A DNA stretch of 64,000 nucleotides from a virus (taxonomy: Duplodnaviria; Caudoviricetes): the IMG/VR virus record IMGVR_UViG_3300024344_003081; one strand, 5' to 3'. Below the pieces are notes generated by a model, which ran no database searches, was not told where the DNA came from, and saw nothing but the letters and a program-made list of their open reading frames with translations. Position numbers and translations under genes: made by a program. Of this stretch, positions 47,521 to 56,261 are shown piece after piece. Every line of letters begins with the position of its first letter. The stretch's first letter is position 1.

Positions 47521-47910
47521 ATGGCATATTCAGAAAAAGTTATAGATCATTTTCAAAATCCAAAAAACATCGGAAGTTTTGATAAAAATGATCCAACTAT
47601 TGGAACTGCTCTTGTAGGCGCTCCAGAGTGTGGCGATGTAATGAAATTACAGATAAAAGTGGGTGATAATGGAACAATTGAAGATGCTAAGTTTAAAACA
47701 TTTGGTTGTGGAAGTGCAATAGCAAGTTCTTCACTTGCAACTGAATGGGTAAAGGGAAGAACTTTAGATGAAGCATGGGCGGTAGAAAACACCGAAATCG
47801 TAGAAGAATTATCATTGCCTCCAGTAAAAATTCATTGTTCTGTTCTTGCAGAAGATGCGATTAAAGGAGCAATAGCAGATTATAAGAATAAACATGAAAT
47901 AAATACTTAA
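47521..47910 (+). CDS. iscU: Fe-S scaffold IscU
   Basis: YSEKVIDHFQNPKN, APECGDVMKLQI, FGCGSAIASSS, LPPVKIHCSVLAEDAIK. Confidence 0.95.
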   Translation: MAYSEKVIDHFQNPKNIGSFDKNDPTIGTALVGAPECGDVMKLQIKVGDNGTIEDAKFKTFGCGSAIASSSLATEWVKGRTLDEAWAVENTEIVEELSLPPVKIHCSVLAEDAIKGAIADYKNKHEINT

Positions 47911-47955
47911 AAAGCAACAGAATCCCGTATAAACATAAATATAAAGGAGTTAACA

Positions 47956-48069
47956 ATGTGTAATAATCCAGAATGCAAATGTACAGATTGCACCTGTGAT
48001 CCATGTGAATGTTCGTCTGAGAGTCCTTGTGGATGTGAATTTGATGATGAACAAGTAGCACCAGTTTAA
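47956..48069 (+). CDS. Metallothionein-like Cys-rich peptide (37 aa, missing from ORF track)
   Basis: AAGGAG RBS; MCNNPECKCTDCTCDPCECSSESPCGCEFDDEQVAPV*; 9 Cys including four CxC. Confidence 0.75.
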   Translation: MCNNPECKCTDCTCDPCECSSESPCGCEFDDEQVAPV

Positions 48070-48078
48070 AGGAAAAAA

Positions 48079-48507
48079 ATGTTAAATGTAAAAGAGTTAT
48101 TTGAAAGTTTGTCTGATGCAGAAAAAGAAGAACTTAGAAAACTTCTTCTTCATCATACAGATGATGTTAAAGTGCAAAGTCCTAAAGAAGACATTTTTGC
48201 CAATGTAGAAATAATAGATCCTCTTCAACAAAATGAAGAAGTTACTATTGGTGATCAATTAGACCAAATAGTAAATGAAGCAGAAGCAGAAGCAGAAGTA
48301 GAAACCCAAACTCCTGAAGGAGAAACAGACCTTACAGTTTCAGAAAAACAGGAATTTTTAGTTAAGTTTGGATATGATCCTACTAACGTAAAATATATGA
48401 ATACTGATATTTTGGATCAAGCATACGGTAGTGCTTTAAAAATTAGAGATGCAGAAGCAGGTGGAGAAACTATTACTGCAATGCCAGGAATGCCTACAGA
48501 AGGATAA
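48079..48507 (+). CDS. Hypothetical acidic protein
   Basis: ORF with RBS. Confidence 0.6.
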   Translation: MLNVKELFESLSDAEKEELRKLLLHHTDDVKVQSPKEDIFANVEIIDPLQQNEEVTIGDQLDQIVNEAEAEAEVETQTPEGETDLTVSEKQEFLVKFGYDPTNVKYMNTDILDQAYGSALKIRDAEAGGETITAMPGMPTEG

Positions 48508-48544
48508 TATCATTTTTTAAACTGAAACATTATGAGGAAATATA

Positions 48545-48832
48545 ATGTCATTAGATAAGAAGCAAAACGGCGCAGAAATGTCGGCTATAGAACGAAGAAA
48601 AGTGAAGAATTGGTGGGCCAGGATTACTTTATCTTGGGCTATTGTTGGAACATTTTTAATTTTGATTTACCTTTTATTCTTTACAGAATCCACAGATGAT
48701 AATCATATGCAATTGATAAACATCCTGGTTGGTGCCTATGTCGCAGTTTTAGCAAAAAGTACGGATTACTGGTTCAAGGAGAAAGACGATCCAGAACATA
48801 AGGAATCACAGGACTTAACAAATGGCCATTGA
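48545..48832 (+). CDS. Two-TM membrane protein (holin-like)
   Basis: Two hydrophobic helices; STDYWF motif. Confidence 0.55.
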   Translation: MSLDKKQNGAEMSAIERRKVKNWWARITLSWAIVGTFLILIYLLFFTESTDDNHMQLINILVGAYVAVLAKSTDYWFKEKDDPEHKESQDLTNGH

Positions 48833-49139
48833 AAAGTCTTATTTAACTACTAATGGAATAATTGTAGATAAGGCATATTATAAAGTGCATCAACTCACAC
48901 CTTGGGATATAGAAAATTCCGAAAATACATATCAAGCACAAGTCTGGGTTTGGGCTAATGAATATCAAAGACAAAAAAATCCAGACAACCCCCTCGCATC
49001 AAATATCTACTATAAATTTGAGCCGGATACTTCCGCCTTTGATGCAAAAATTAGTGATGAAGAAAATAGAATTAAACAAGCATACAGCAAATTAAAAAAT
49101 TTAACTGATAGTTTTAAAAATGATGGAAGTGATGTATAA
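48822..49139 (+). CDS. Hypothetical protein
   Basis: Coupled ORF. Confidence 0.55.
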   Translation: MAIEKSYLTTNGIIVDKAYYKVHQLTPWDIENSENTYQAQVWVWANEYQRQKNPDNPLASNIYYKFEPDTSAFDAKISDEENRIKQAYSKLKNLTDSFKNDGSDV

Positions 49140-49148
49140 AGGAATATT

Positions 49149-49604
49149 ATGCTGACAATATTAGGAAGTGTATTGGGATTTGCTACTTCTACTGTACCCA
49201 CCATAATGGACTTCTTTAAAGATAAAGAAGAGAAGAAAGCAAAACAAGAAGAATTTAAACTACAGATAGAAGCAAAAAAAGCAGGTGTAGATTTAGACAT
49301 TAAACTGTTTCAAGCAAAAAAAGATTTTGATGAACAGAAAATGCTTCTTGAACATGATACTGCATTAGGTCAACAAGGGGGTTTTATAAACTCGTTAAGA
49401 GCATTTGTAAGACCTTTTATAACGTATGTGTTTGTGTTGACATTTATAGGTATTAAAATAGTACTTGTATGGCAAGCAATACAAATGGATGCAGATTTAA
49501 ATCAAACTATTAATATAGTATGGGATGATGAAACTGAGGCTCTATTTGCCGCTATTATAAGTTTTTGGTTTGGTTCCCGTGCAATGCCAGTTAGAAAAAA
49601 GTGA
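49149..49604 (+). CDS. Holin-like membrane protein (3TM holin-like)
   Basis: LRAFVRPFITY...AIISFWFGSR pattern. Confidence 0.65.
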   Translation: MLTILGSVLGFATSTVPTIMDFFKDKEEKKAKQEEFKLQIEAKKAGVDLDIKLFQAKKDFDEQKMLLEHDTALGQQGGFINSLRAFVRPFITYVFVLTFIGIKIVLVWQAIQMDADLNQTINIVWDDETEALFAAIISFWFGSRAMPVRKK

Positions 49605-49682
49605 TATCTCCGTTATCTAAATAATTGGATAACTTAAAAAAAGGAGAAAGTATGAACTTATTTCGGAGAATAATCGGATCTT

Positions 49683-49985
49683 TTGATCTTTCTGGAGAGA
49701 GTATTAGCCTGTGAGGAAAAGACTTCACAGGCCAAACACGTTAAAAGAATAATTAAAAATGAAGATTCAACGTTAATTGTTTATTATAAACTAGAAAACC
49801 CATCGATTCAAATGGACCAATTAAATTTTCATACAATGAGTTTAGAAGATTTAGAACATTTAAAAGAATATCTTTTAGATTCAAGAAATACAGAAGAAGC
49901 ATATTCTGAAAGAGCGGATATTAATCAAAGAATTCTTCTTATTGATAAAGAGATTCATAACAAAAAACAACAATTAAATGGTTAA
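49683..49985 (+). CDS. Hypothetical protein, possibly 5'-frameshifted (RBS-ATG at 49652 is in another frame)
   Basis: TTG start without its own RBS. Confidence 0.45.
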   Translation: MIFLERVLACEEKTSQAKHVKRIIKNEDSTLIVYYKLENPSIQMDQLNFHTMSLEDLEHLKEYLLDSRNTEEAYSERADINQRILLIDKEIHNKKQQLNG

Positions 49986-49987
49986 TT

Positions 49988-50233
49988 ATGTCAAAAAGTG
50001 TAGTGAGAATTAGTGTAAAAAATAAAAATAATAATAACTTTAGAACTTTGCAAATTTTTAAAAATAAAGTTAATGATGAGGGAATTATACAAGATTTAAA
50101 AAAGAAAGAATATTATGTAAAGCCCTCAATGCGTAAAAGATTAAAAAGAGAAAACGCAGAAAAACAGAGAACAAAAGATTTAAATAAAGACATTAAAAAT
50201 GCTTTAAAAAGTCAAAATGATCTGTTCTCTTAA
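49988..50233 (+). CDS. rpsU: Ribosomal protein bS21 homolog
   Basis: LQIFKNKVNDEGIIQDLKKKEYYVKPSMRKRLKR matches the bS21 signature (R/K)xxYxKPS. Confidence 0.8.
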   Translation: MSKSVVRISVKNKNNNNFRTLQIFKNKVNDEGIIQDLKKKEYYVKPSMRKRLKRENAEKQRTKDLNKDIKNALKSQNDLFS

Positions 50234-50235
50234 TA

Positions 50236-50243
50236 TATAAATA
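50236..50243 (+). promoter_or_regulatory. T4-type late promoter TATAAATA
   Basis: Exact consensus, intergenic; followed by hairpin TGTTGGG-AACC-CCTAACA. Confidence 0.6.
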
Positions 50244-50305
50244 TTCGTGTAATGTTGGGAACCCCTAACAAAAAGAAAGAAAAATGAATATCGAAAGAGT
50301 TAAAC

Positions 50306-50614
50306 ATGCCAGTACAAACCATGCAAAGTATAGCAGAGCATCAATTATTCAAGGCGACTTTGCCCCTTCTCTTTGTATTCGTGGTAGGCAGTATAACATG
50401 GATATTTGTTACAGTCATGGATATAGACAAAGTAATACATAAAATTGAAGATTCGGAAATACCACAAATTAATAAAGATATTGCACTTGGATATAAAAAA
50501 ATAGAAGAATTGGAAAAACAAATGATGGATATGAGAATTAAAATGGCAGAAATAGAAGGTTCAGTTTCTCCAGGTCATCCATCTAAATCAGGATTTCGAC
50601 CAGAAAATAGATGA
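50306..50614 (+). CDS. Hypothetical membrane-anchored coiled-coil protein
   Basis: One TM plus coiled coil. Confidence 0.55.
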   Translation: MPVQTMQSIAEHQLFKATLPLLFVFVVGSITWIFVTVMDIDKVIHKIEDSEIPQINKDIALGYKKIEELEKQMMDMRIKMAEIEGSVSPGHPSKSGFRPENR

Positions 50615-50859
50615 AAAAATTAACTATTGATACTTTAGTACCAATACATTTTGACTATCTTGCTAGAGACAAAGATGGAAAAACTTTTGTTTTTCAAAAC
50701 AAACCTGAACTAACATCTGATGTTGATTGTGATACATGGGATGTAGAAGAGGGAGAAATTTTACAAATTACTGATTCAATTTCCGTACCAGATGGAGAAA
50801 TTGATTCTCAATTAGGAAATTGGAAAGAATCGTTAATTGATTTAAGAGATTCATCATGA
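50611..50859 (+). CDS. Hypothetical protein
   Basis: LARDKDGK..VFQNKP...WKESLI. Confidence 0.55.
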   Translation: MKKLTIDTLVPIHFDYLARDKDGKTFVFQNKPELTSDVDCDTWDVEEGEILQITDSISVPDGEIDSQLGNWKESLIDLRDSS

Positions 50860-51305
50860 ACAAACTATGGTATAGTTGGGAAGAAATGCGTAACGATTGT
50901 AACGTTCTTGTAAGAGATATCGTTCTTGATAATTTCGACCCAGTAGTGATTGTTGGATTATCACGAGGAGGATTAACTCCTGGTGTGATGTTATCACATT
51001 GGTTCAAAAAACCATTTAAATCTGTGAAATCAGCTTTAAGAGACTTTCCTGAGTGGGAAGACTATTTACCAAGACCTACTGATAAGAGAGTTTTGATAGT
51101 TGATGATATCTGTGATTCTGGTGAAACCTTTCATAGGATGAAAGAACATATTATTAAAAAAGCCAATGGAGTAGATGTTCGATTTGCTACTCTTTGGTGG
51201 AATAATGAATGTAATTTTGAACCGAAATATTATGTCAGAGAAATTGCTAAAGATTCCACGAATACCTGGATTAATTTTCCTTGGGAAAAATGGTGGGATG
51301 CTTAA
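50856..51305 (+). CDS. Type I phosphoribosyltransferase (Gpt/Hpt-like)
   Basis: VGLSRGG; PRPP loop VLIVDDICDSGET; WINFPWE. Confidence 0.88.
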   Translation: MNKLWYSWEEMRNDCNVLVRDIVLDNFDPVVIVGLSRGGLTPGVMLSHWFKKPFKSVKSALRDFPEWEDYLPRPTDKRVLIVDDICDSGETFHRMKEHIIKKANGVDVRFATLWWNNECNFEPKYYVREIAKDSTNTWINFPWEKWWDA

Positions 51306-51396
51306 TCTGATATAATTCAATCTATTCTAACGAATCACCATGGAAGGATTTGAAGTATTATTGTTAGAATATTAACAATCTTTAAGGAGAATATAA

Positions 51397-51615
51397 ATGG
51401 TAGAAAAAATTCTCGGTTGGGTTAAATCTCTCACCGAAATTGGTCTAGCTTTTATAGCACTCGGAGTAGTGCTTCAGATCCTATTCGGAGCCGCAGTTCC
51501 ATTTCTTGGTTTGGACGTAATTGGTTCTGTATTAGCGGTCGTTAAGGAACTAGGAAGCGAAGGACTCGTTGGTCTAGTTGCTATATGGGTACTTTGGGGA
51601 ATATACTCAAAGTAA
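51397..51615 (+). CDS. Small multi-TM membrane protein
   Basis: Strong RBS; almost entirely hydrophobic. Confidence 0.65.
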   Translation: MVEKILGWVKSLTEIGLAFIALGVVLQILFGAAVPFLGLDVIGSVLAVVKELGSEGLVGLVAIWVLWGIYSK

Positions 51616-51625
51616 GTTAATAAAT

Positions 51626-51657
51626 AGCGGTAGATTGGAAGATTTACCGCTTTTTTT
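51626..51657 (+). terminator. Intrinsic terminator-like hairpin
   Basis: AGCGGTA/TACCGCT stem plus T tract; preceded by AATAAATA. Confidence 0.7.
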
Positions 51658-51677
51658 GTTTTCTCGGAAGGAGAAAA

Positions 51678-52763
51678 ATGAATAAGTTAAAAATCCTTGC
51701 TGTACTCATTTTGAGTATAGCATTAATTGGTATTGCTAACGCAAAAAAGCAAGTATCAGTTGGTTATGTTCTAGTGGGACCAAAAAATGATGGCGGATGG
51801 TCAATGCGACATCATCAAGGATTTCAATCCTTAACAAAACATGGGTATGAAGTCTCAATGGTAGAAATGGTACCAGAGTCAGAATCCCAAAAAGTATTCC
51901 GTAAACTCGCAAGAAAACACGATATTGTCTTTGCAACTTCATTCGGTTATATGGATGGAATGGTGAAAGCCGCAAAGAAAAATCCTGATACAATTTTCAT
52001 GCATGCCACGGGTTACAAAGGTAACGATACAAATATGGACAACTACGTTTGTCATTCATTCCAAGCACGATATCTTACAGGAATTGCGGCTGGAATGTTG
52101 TCAAAAACAAATAAGATTGGTGTAGTTGGTTCACATCCGATACCTGAAATTATTCGTAATATTAATGCTCTAACTATTGGAGCCCAAACAGTAAATCCAG
52201 ACATTGAAGTTAATATTGTATGGATTAACTCATGGTTCGATCCACCTAAAGATATGGATGCGGCTAAAGCACTTCTTGATGATGGAAATGATATTCTCTT
52301 TACAACAACAGATTCACCTAGTGTAGTAACTCTTGCACAACAAGCGTGGAAAACTGATGGTAAAGAAGTATGGAGTATGGGAAATGATGCGCCTATGGGA
52401 AGTAACGGACCAGATCGATACATCACGGGTATGATGTTCAACTGGAATGTTCTTTACAAACATATAGTAGATCAACTTGCACATGGAAAACTCAAAATGA
52501 ATCAAAGGTGGAATTGGGGTTTGAAAGAAAATTGTGTAGGACTATCACCATGGGGAGCAAATGTTCCTGGCTCTGTTGTTAATAAAGTTGAAACAGTTAA
52601 AATGAACTGGATTAATGATGATTTGGATGAATGGTATCCATTCTCTCAAGGAATTACGAAACAGGATGGTTCAACAATTCCCGCTGGTACTCTTAAAAGA
52701 CCAGAATTAGAAACAATGCAATACTTTGTAAAAGGTGTTGTTAATAAATTCCCTACTAATTAA
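51678..52763 (+). CDS. BMP-family (purine nucleoside-type) substrate-binding protein
   Basis: Signal peptide; VGPKNDGGWS..H, ATSFGY, MHATGY, SWFDP, TTDSP. Confidence 0.88.
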   Translation: MNKLKILAVLILSIALIGIANAKKQVSVGYVLVGPKNDGGWSMRHHQGFQSLTKHGYEVSMVEMVPESESQKVFRKLARKHDIVFATSFGYMDGMVKAAKKNPDTIFMHATGYKGNDTNMDNYVCHSFQARYLTGIAAGMLSKTNKIGVVGSHPIPEIIRNINALTIGAQTVNPDIEVNIVWINSWFDPPKDMDAAKALLDDGNDILFTTTDSPSVVTLAQQAWKTDGKEVWSMGNDAPMGSNGPDRYITGMMFNWNVLYKHIVDQLAHGKLKMNQRWNWGLKENCVGLSPWGANVPGSVVNKVETVKMNWINDDLDEWYPFSQGITKQDGSTIPAGTLKRPELETMQYFVKGVVNKFPTN

Positions 52764-52776
52764 TGGAGAGTAAAAA

Positions 52777-53718
52777 ATGAAAAATATTTTAGCAATTATT
52801 GTAGCATTCTTTATGATGATGAGTGTTACTTATGCCAAAGAAAAAGTGACCCTGTTAATGGATTGGTTTCCACAGGGCAATCAAAGTGGATTCTGGCAGG
52901 CTCAATTTGATAATGCACATAATCCAGACCTTGAAATTACAATTAAATCGGGCGGACCAAAAGTTAGAACTACTACTGCAGTAGCATCTGGTCAAGTAGA
53001 ATTTGGTCTTAATGGATCAGATAGTGTAATGATGGCTAATGCAAAAGGTGCAGGACTTAAAGCTATTTTCGTTAGTCTTGGTCATGTTCCATACACGTTA
53101 GTTTATCATCCAAATACTGGTGTAAATAGTGTTCAAGATTTAGATGGTAGACCCTTTGCAGTTGTGATGGGTATTACATATTGGAAATGGGTAAAACATA
53201 CTTATAATTTAAATAAAGTAAAAGAATTTCCATTGACTGGTGATCTTGGATTGTTTGCAAGAACTCCACAACAATTTCAACAAGGATATTCTCTTTTCTT
53301 ACCAGCAAGACTGGATGCTAAGGGAGTTGATAATGAGCAAATTACAGTTGAGTCTTTGGGTTATAGACCATATAGTGTTTTGTTCACAAGCGATAAGTTG
53401 ATCAAAGAAAATCGTGCATTAGTGCAGAAAGTTGTTGATCGTCTTAGTATTTCTTTTCACAAGTCTTTAGTTGATCCAAAACCAACTAGAGATTTTATTC
53501 TTTCAAAGAGTAAAAAAGTAAATGCTGAAATTCATAACAATGCTCTTGAACTTATGAAGGCAGATTTTCTTCCCGATGATTGGAGCAAGATTGGATGTCA
53601 AGATCCTCAACGATGGGTTGAATTAGCAAGTCAATTGAAAGAAGTTAACGTATTACCTGCGGATTTCGATCCACATTCGTCATATGATACTTCATTTAAA
53701 AAGGGATGTTTTAATTAA
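52777..53718 (+). CDS. NMT1/THI5/SsuA-like ABC substrate-binding protein
   Basis: Signal peptide; LLMDWFPQGNQSG, GGP, VEFG. Confidence 0.8.
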   Translation: MKNILAIIVAFFMMMSVTYAKEKVTLLMDWFPQGNQSGFWQAQFDNAHNPDLEITIKSGGPKVRTTTAVASGQVEFGLNGSDSVMMANAKGAGLKAIFVSLGHVPYTLVYHPNTGVNSVQDLDGRPFAVVMGITYWKWVKHTYNLNKVKEFPLTGDLGLFARTPQQFQQGYSLFLPARLDAKGVDNEQITVESLGYRPYSVLFTSDKLIKENRALVQKVVDRLSISFHKSLVDPKPTRDFILSKSKKVNAEIHNNALELMKADFLPDDWSKIGCQDPQRWVELASQLKEVNVLPADFDPHSSYDTSFKKGCFN

Positions 53719-53731
53719 TTGAGAGTTTATT

Positions 53732-54436
53732 ATGATTGACATTTCAGGTGTTACTAAACATTTTGATGATGTCCATGCATTAGCAGAAATAAATTTAGAC
53801 ATTAGCACAGGAGAGTTTGTTTCTATAGTTGGACCCTCTGGTTGCGGAAAGTCTACCTTATTAAGAATTATTGCGGGTTTAGTTTCTACTCATGGAAGAG
53901 TATTAAAACCTGATAAAGGTGCTTTTGTGTTCCAAGATTCTGCATTACTTCCATGGAGGAATGTGCAGAAAAACATAGAACTTTTAATGGAATTAGAACT
54001 TATCCCTAAAGCAGAACGAGTCGAAAAGGCTCGTTCTGCCCTCTCTCAAGTCGGACTAACTGGATTTGAAAAAAATTATCCTCATCAATTATCTGGTGGC
54101 ATGAAAATGAGATTGTCTCTAGCAAGATCATTAGTATTAAACCCTGATTATCTTCTTATGGATGAACCATTATCTGCGGTAGATGAATTAACCCGTGAAG
54201 TTTTACAAGAAGAGATATATGCATTATGGAAAAAAGATAAATTTACTGCTATACTTGTGACACATAATGTTCCAGAAGCAGTTTATCTTTCTAATAGAGT
54301 AGTTATTATGTCTCCAAGACCTGGAAGTATTACACATATTGTTGATGTTCCTTTTAAGAACAGAAATCAAAAATTGAGATCATCAAATAAATATCATAAA
54401 CTTATTAATAATATTTCTGGAAAATTAAGATCATGA
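53732..54436 (+). CDS. ABC transporter ATP-binding subunit (TauB/SsuB-like)
   Basis: GPSGCGKST, VFQ, LSGGMKMR, LLMDEPLSAVD, VTH. Confidence 0.95.
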   Translation: MIDISGVTKHFDDVHALAEINLDISTGEFVSIVGPSGCGKSTLLRIIAGLVSTHGRVLKPDKGAFVFQDSALLPWRNVQKNIELLMELELIPKAERVEKARSALSQVGLTGFEKNYPHQLSGGMKMRLSLARSLVLNPDYLLMDEPLSAVDELTREVLQEEIYALWKKDKFTAILVTHNVPEAVYLSNRVVIMSPRPGSITHIVDVPFKNRNQKLRSSNKYHKLINNISGKLRS

Positions 54437-55194
54437 AAAATATAATTCCACCAATTCTAGTCTTAATAATATTTCTATTTGTGTGGACACTAGCGGCCCA
54501 TCTTTATAATATGTCTTTTCTTTTACCAAATCCCCTAGAAGTTTTACAAGCATTTATAACAGATTTTGATATGGTTATCGGTGGACTTTGGATTACTTTT
54601 CAAGAAGCATTATATGGTTATCTTTTAGCAATCGGTATTGGTATTACTTCTGCGGCAATTATGAGTCAATCAAAAATATTAGAACGCAGTTTCTATCCCT
54701 ATGCAATATTATTACAAACACTTCCTGCAGTTGCAGTAGCTCCATTGATTGTTCTTTGGTTTGGATTTGAAATGAGATCAGTTGTTATTATAAGTTTAAT
54801 TATTTCATTATTTCCAATCATTAATAATACTTTGTTAGGATTAAAATCAACATCTATTAGTTTAGTTGAACTTTTTCAAATGCATAATCAATCACGTTTT
54901 GTTAATTTTTTCAAACTTCGTTTACCAGCCGCTACTCCTAATGTTATTGCAGGATTGAGAATATCAGCAGGATTATCTGTTATCGGTGCAATCGTAGGAG
55001 AGTTTATTATTGGCTCTGGAAGTGAAGGTGGCGGATTAGGTGTAATGATAATGTATGCACAAGCAGATTTAGCAACTGCATTAGTAATAGCACTTATTTT
55101 TACTGCTACTGGTTTGGGGTTTGCTTTCTTTATGACAGTATCAACATTGGGACACTATCTTTTACATAACTGGCACGAATCAGAGTTAGCATGA
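54433..55194 (+). CDS. ABC transporter permease (TauC/SsuC-like)
   Basis: About 6 TM; EAA-like loop KLRLPAATPNVIAGLR; GAIVGEF. Confidence 0.92.
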   Translation: MKNIIPPILVLIIFLFVWTLAAHLYNMSFLLPNPLEVLQAFITDFDMVIGGLWITFQEALYGYLLAIGIGITSAAIMSQSKILERSFYPYAILLQTLPAVAVAPLIVLWFGFEMRSVVIISLIISLFPIINNTLLGLKSTSISLVELFQMHNQSRFVNFFKLRLPAATPNVIAGLRISAGLSVIGAIVGEFIIGSGSEGGGLGVMIMYAQADLATALVIALIFTATGLGFAFFMTVSTLGHYLLHNWHESELA

Positions 55195-56246
55195 AATCAA
55201 CAATAGAACGCAGAAAAACGGGATTAATTTATTGGGATATGGATTGGTCTTCTGGATGTTATACTTTGTATGCACCACAAACTGGTAATGGTTTAGTAAA
55301 ATTAATTGCTATTGATGGCGATACTGTTCACGAATGGAAACTTCCAGTAAGACCCGGTCGAGATGCAGTAATACTAGATTATGTACAAGGTCGTAAATCT
55401 GGAAATCTTGGTTACAATGGTAGTCATGCAAAGTCAGCAAATCTTTATCCATCATGGGATATTTGGCATGGTGGACATTTCATGGAAGTTGCACCAAACG
55501 GAGATATTGTATGGGAACATGAAGATATCTATCATCACCATGATGCTCAATGGTTGCCAAATGGAAATTTAATCTATACAGTTGCGGCTGAATGGAATGG
55601 TAAACAATCAGATATTGTAAAAGAAGTAAATCCAAAAGGTGAAGTAGTTTGGGAATGGAGAGCATGGGAACATCTTACTAGAAAAGAGTGGTCTATACAT
55701 GAATGTTTTAATGATGATCATTGGCCAATGATTAATGGTGTTTATCAAGATGGGTTTCTACTTTATTTGAGTTTACGAACAACATCGGGTATTATTGCAG
55801 TAAATAAAAATACAAAAGAAGTAATTTGGGAATTGAAGTATCCTTTTGTAGCACAACAGCATGATCCATCAATAACAGAACAGGGAAATTTATTGTGTTT
55901 TGATAATGGAAATATTCGTCCTAGTTCAATTCATCATTCTCGTATTGTAGAGTATGATACAGTATCAAAAGAACTTGTATGGGAATATAAAGACCCGATG
56001 CCTTCTGCATTTTTTTCTCCGTATATGGGAAGTGTTCAAAAACTTTGGAATGGAAGTTATTCTATTTGTGAAAGTGCATTTGGAAGAATATTCGAAGTAA
56101 CTTCAGAAGGCGAATTAATGTGGGAATATGTTATACCAGAATTCGCAGAATACCCCTCACCACTAAATAACTATATAACAGGATCACATAATAGTTGTTT
56201 TAAAGCACATCGTTACGAATCAAATACGATAACGAATATTCTCTAG
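55191..56246 (+). CDS. Aryl-sulfate sulfotransferase (ASST)-like beta-propeller protein
   Basis: HHHDAQWLPNGN, QQHDP, FDNG, SRIVEYD, GRIFEV; repeated W-E-W/Y blades. Confidence 0.75.
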   Translation: MKSTIERRKTGLIYWDMDWSSGCYTLYAPQTGNGLVKLIAIDGDTVHEWKLPVRPGRDAVILDYVQGRKSGNLGYNGSHAKSANLYPSWDIWHGGHFMEVAPNGDIVWEHEDIYHHHDAQWLPNGNLIYTVAAEWNGKQSDIVKEVNPKGEVVWEWRAWEHLTRKEWSIHECFNDDHWPMINGVYQDGFLLYLSLRTTSGIIAVNKNTKEVIWELKYPFVAQQHDPSITEQGNLLCFDNGNIRPSSIHHSRIVEYDTVSKELVWEYKDPMPSAFFSPYMGSVQKLWNGSYSICESAFGRIFEVTSEGELMWEYVIPEFAEYPSPLNNYITGSHNSCFKAHRYESNTITNIL

Positions 56247-56261
56247 GAGGGTGAATAAAAA

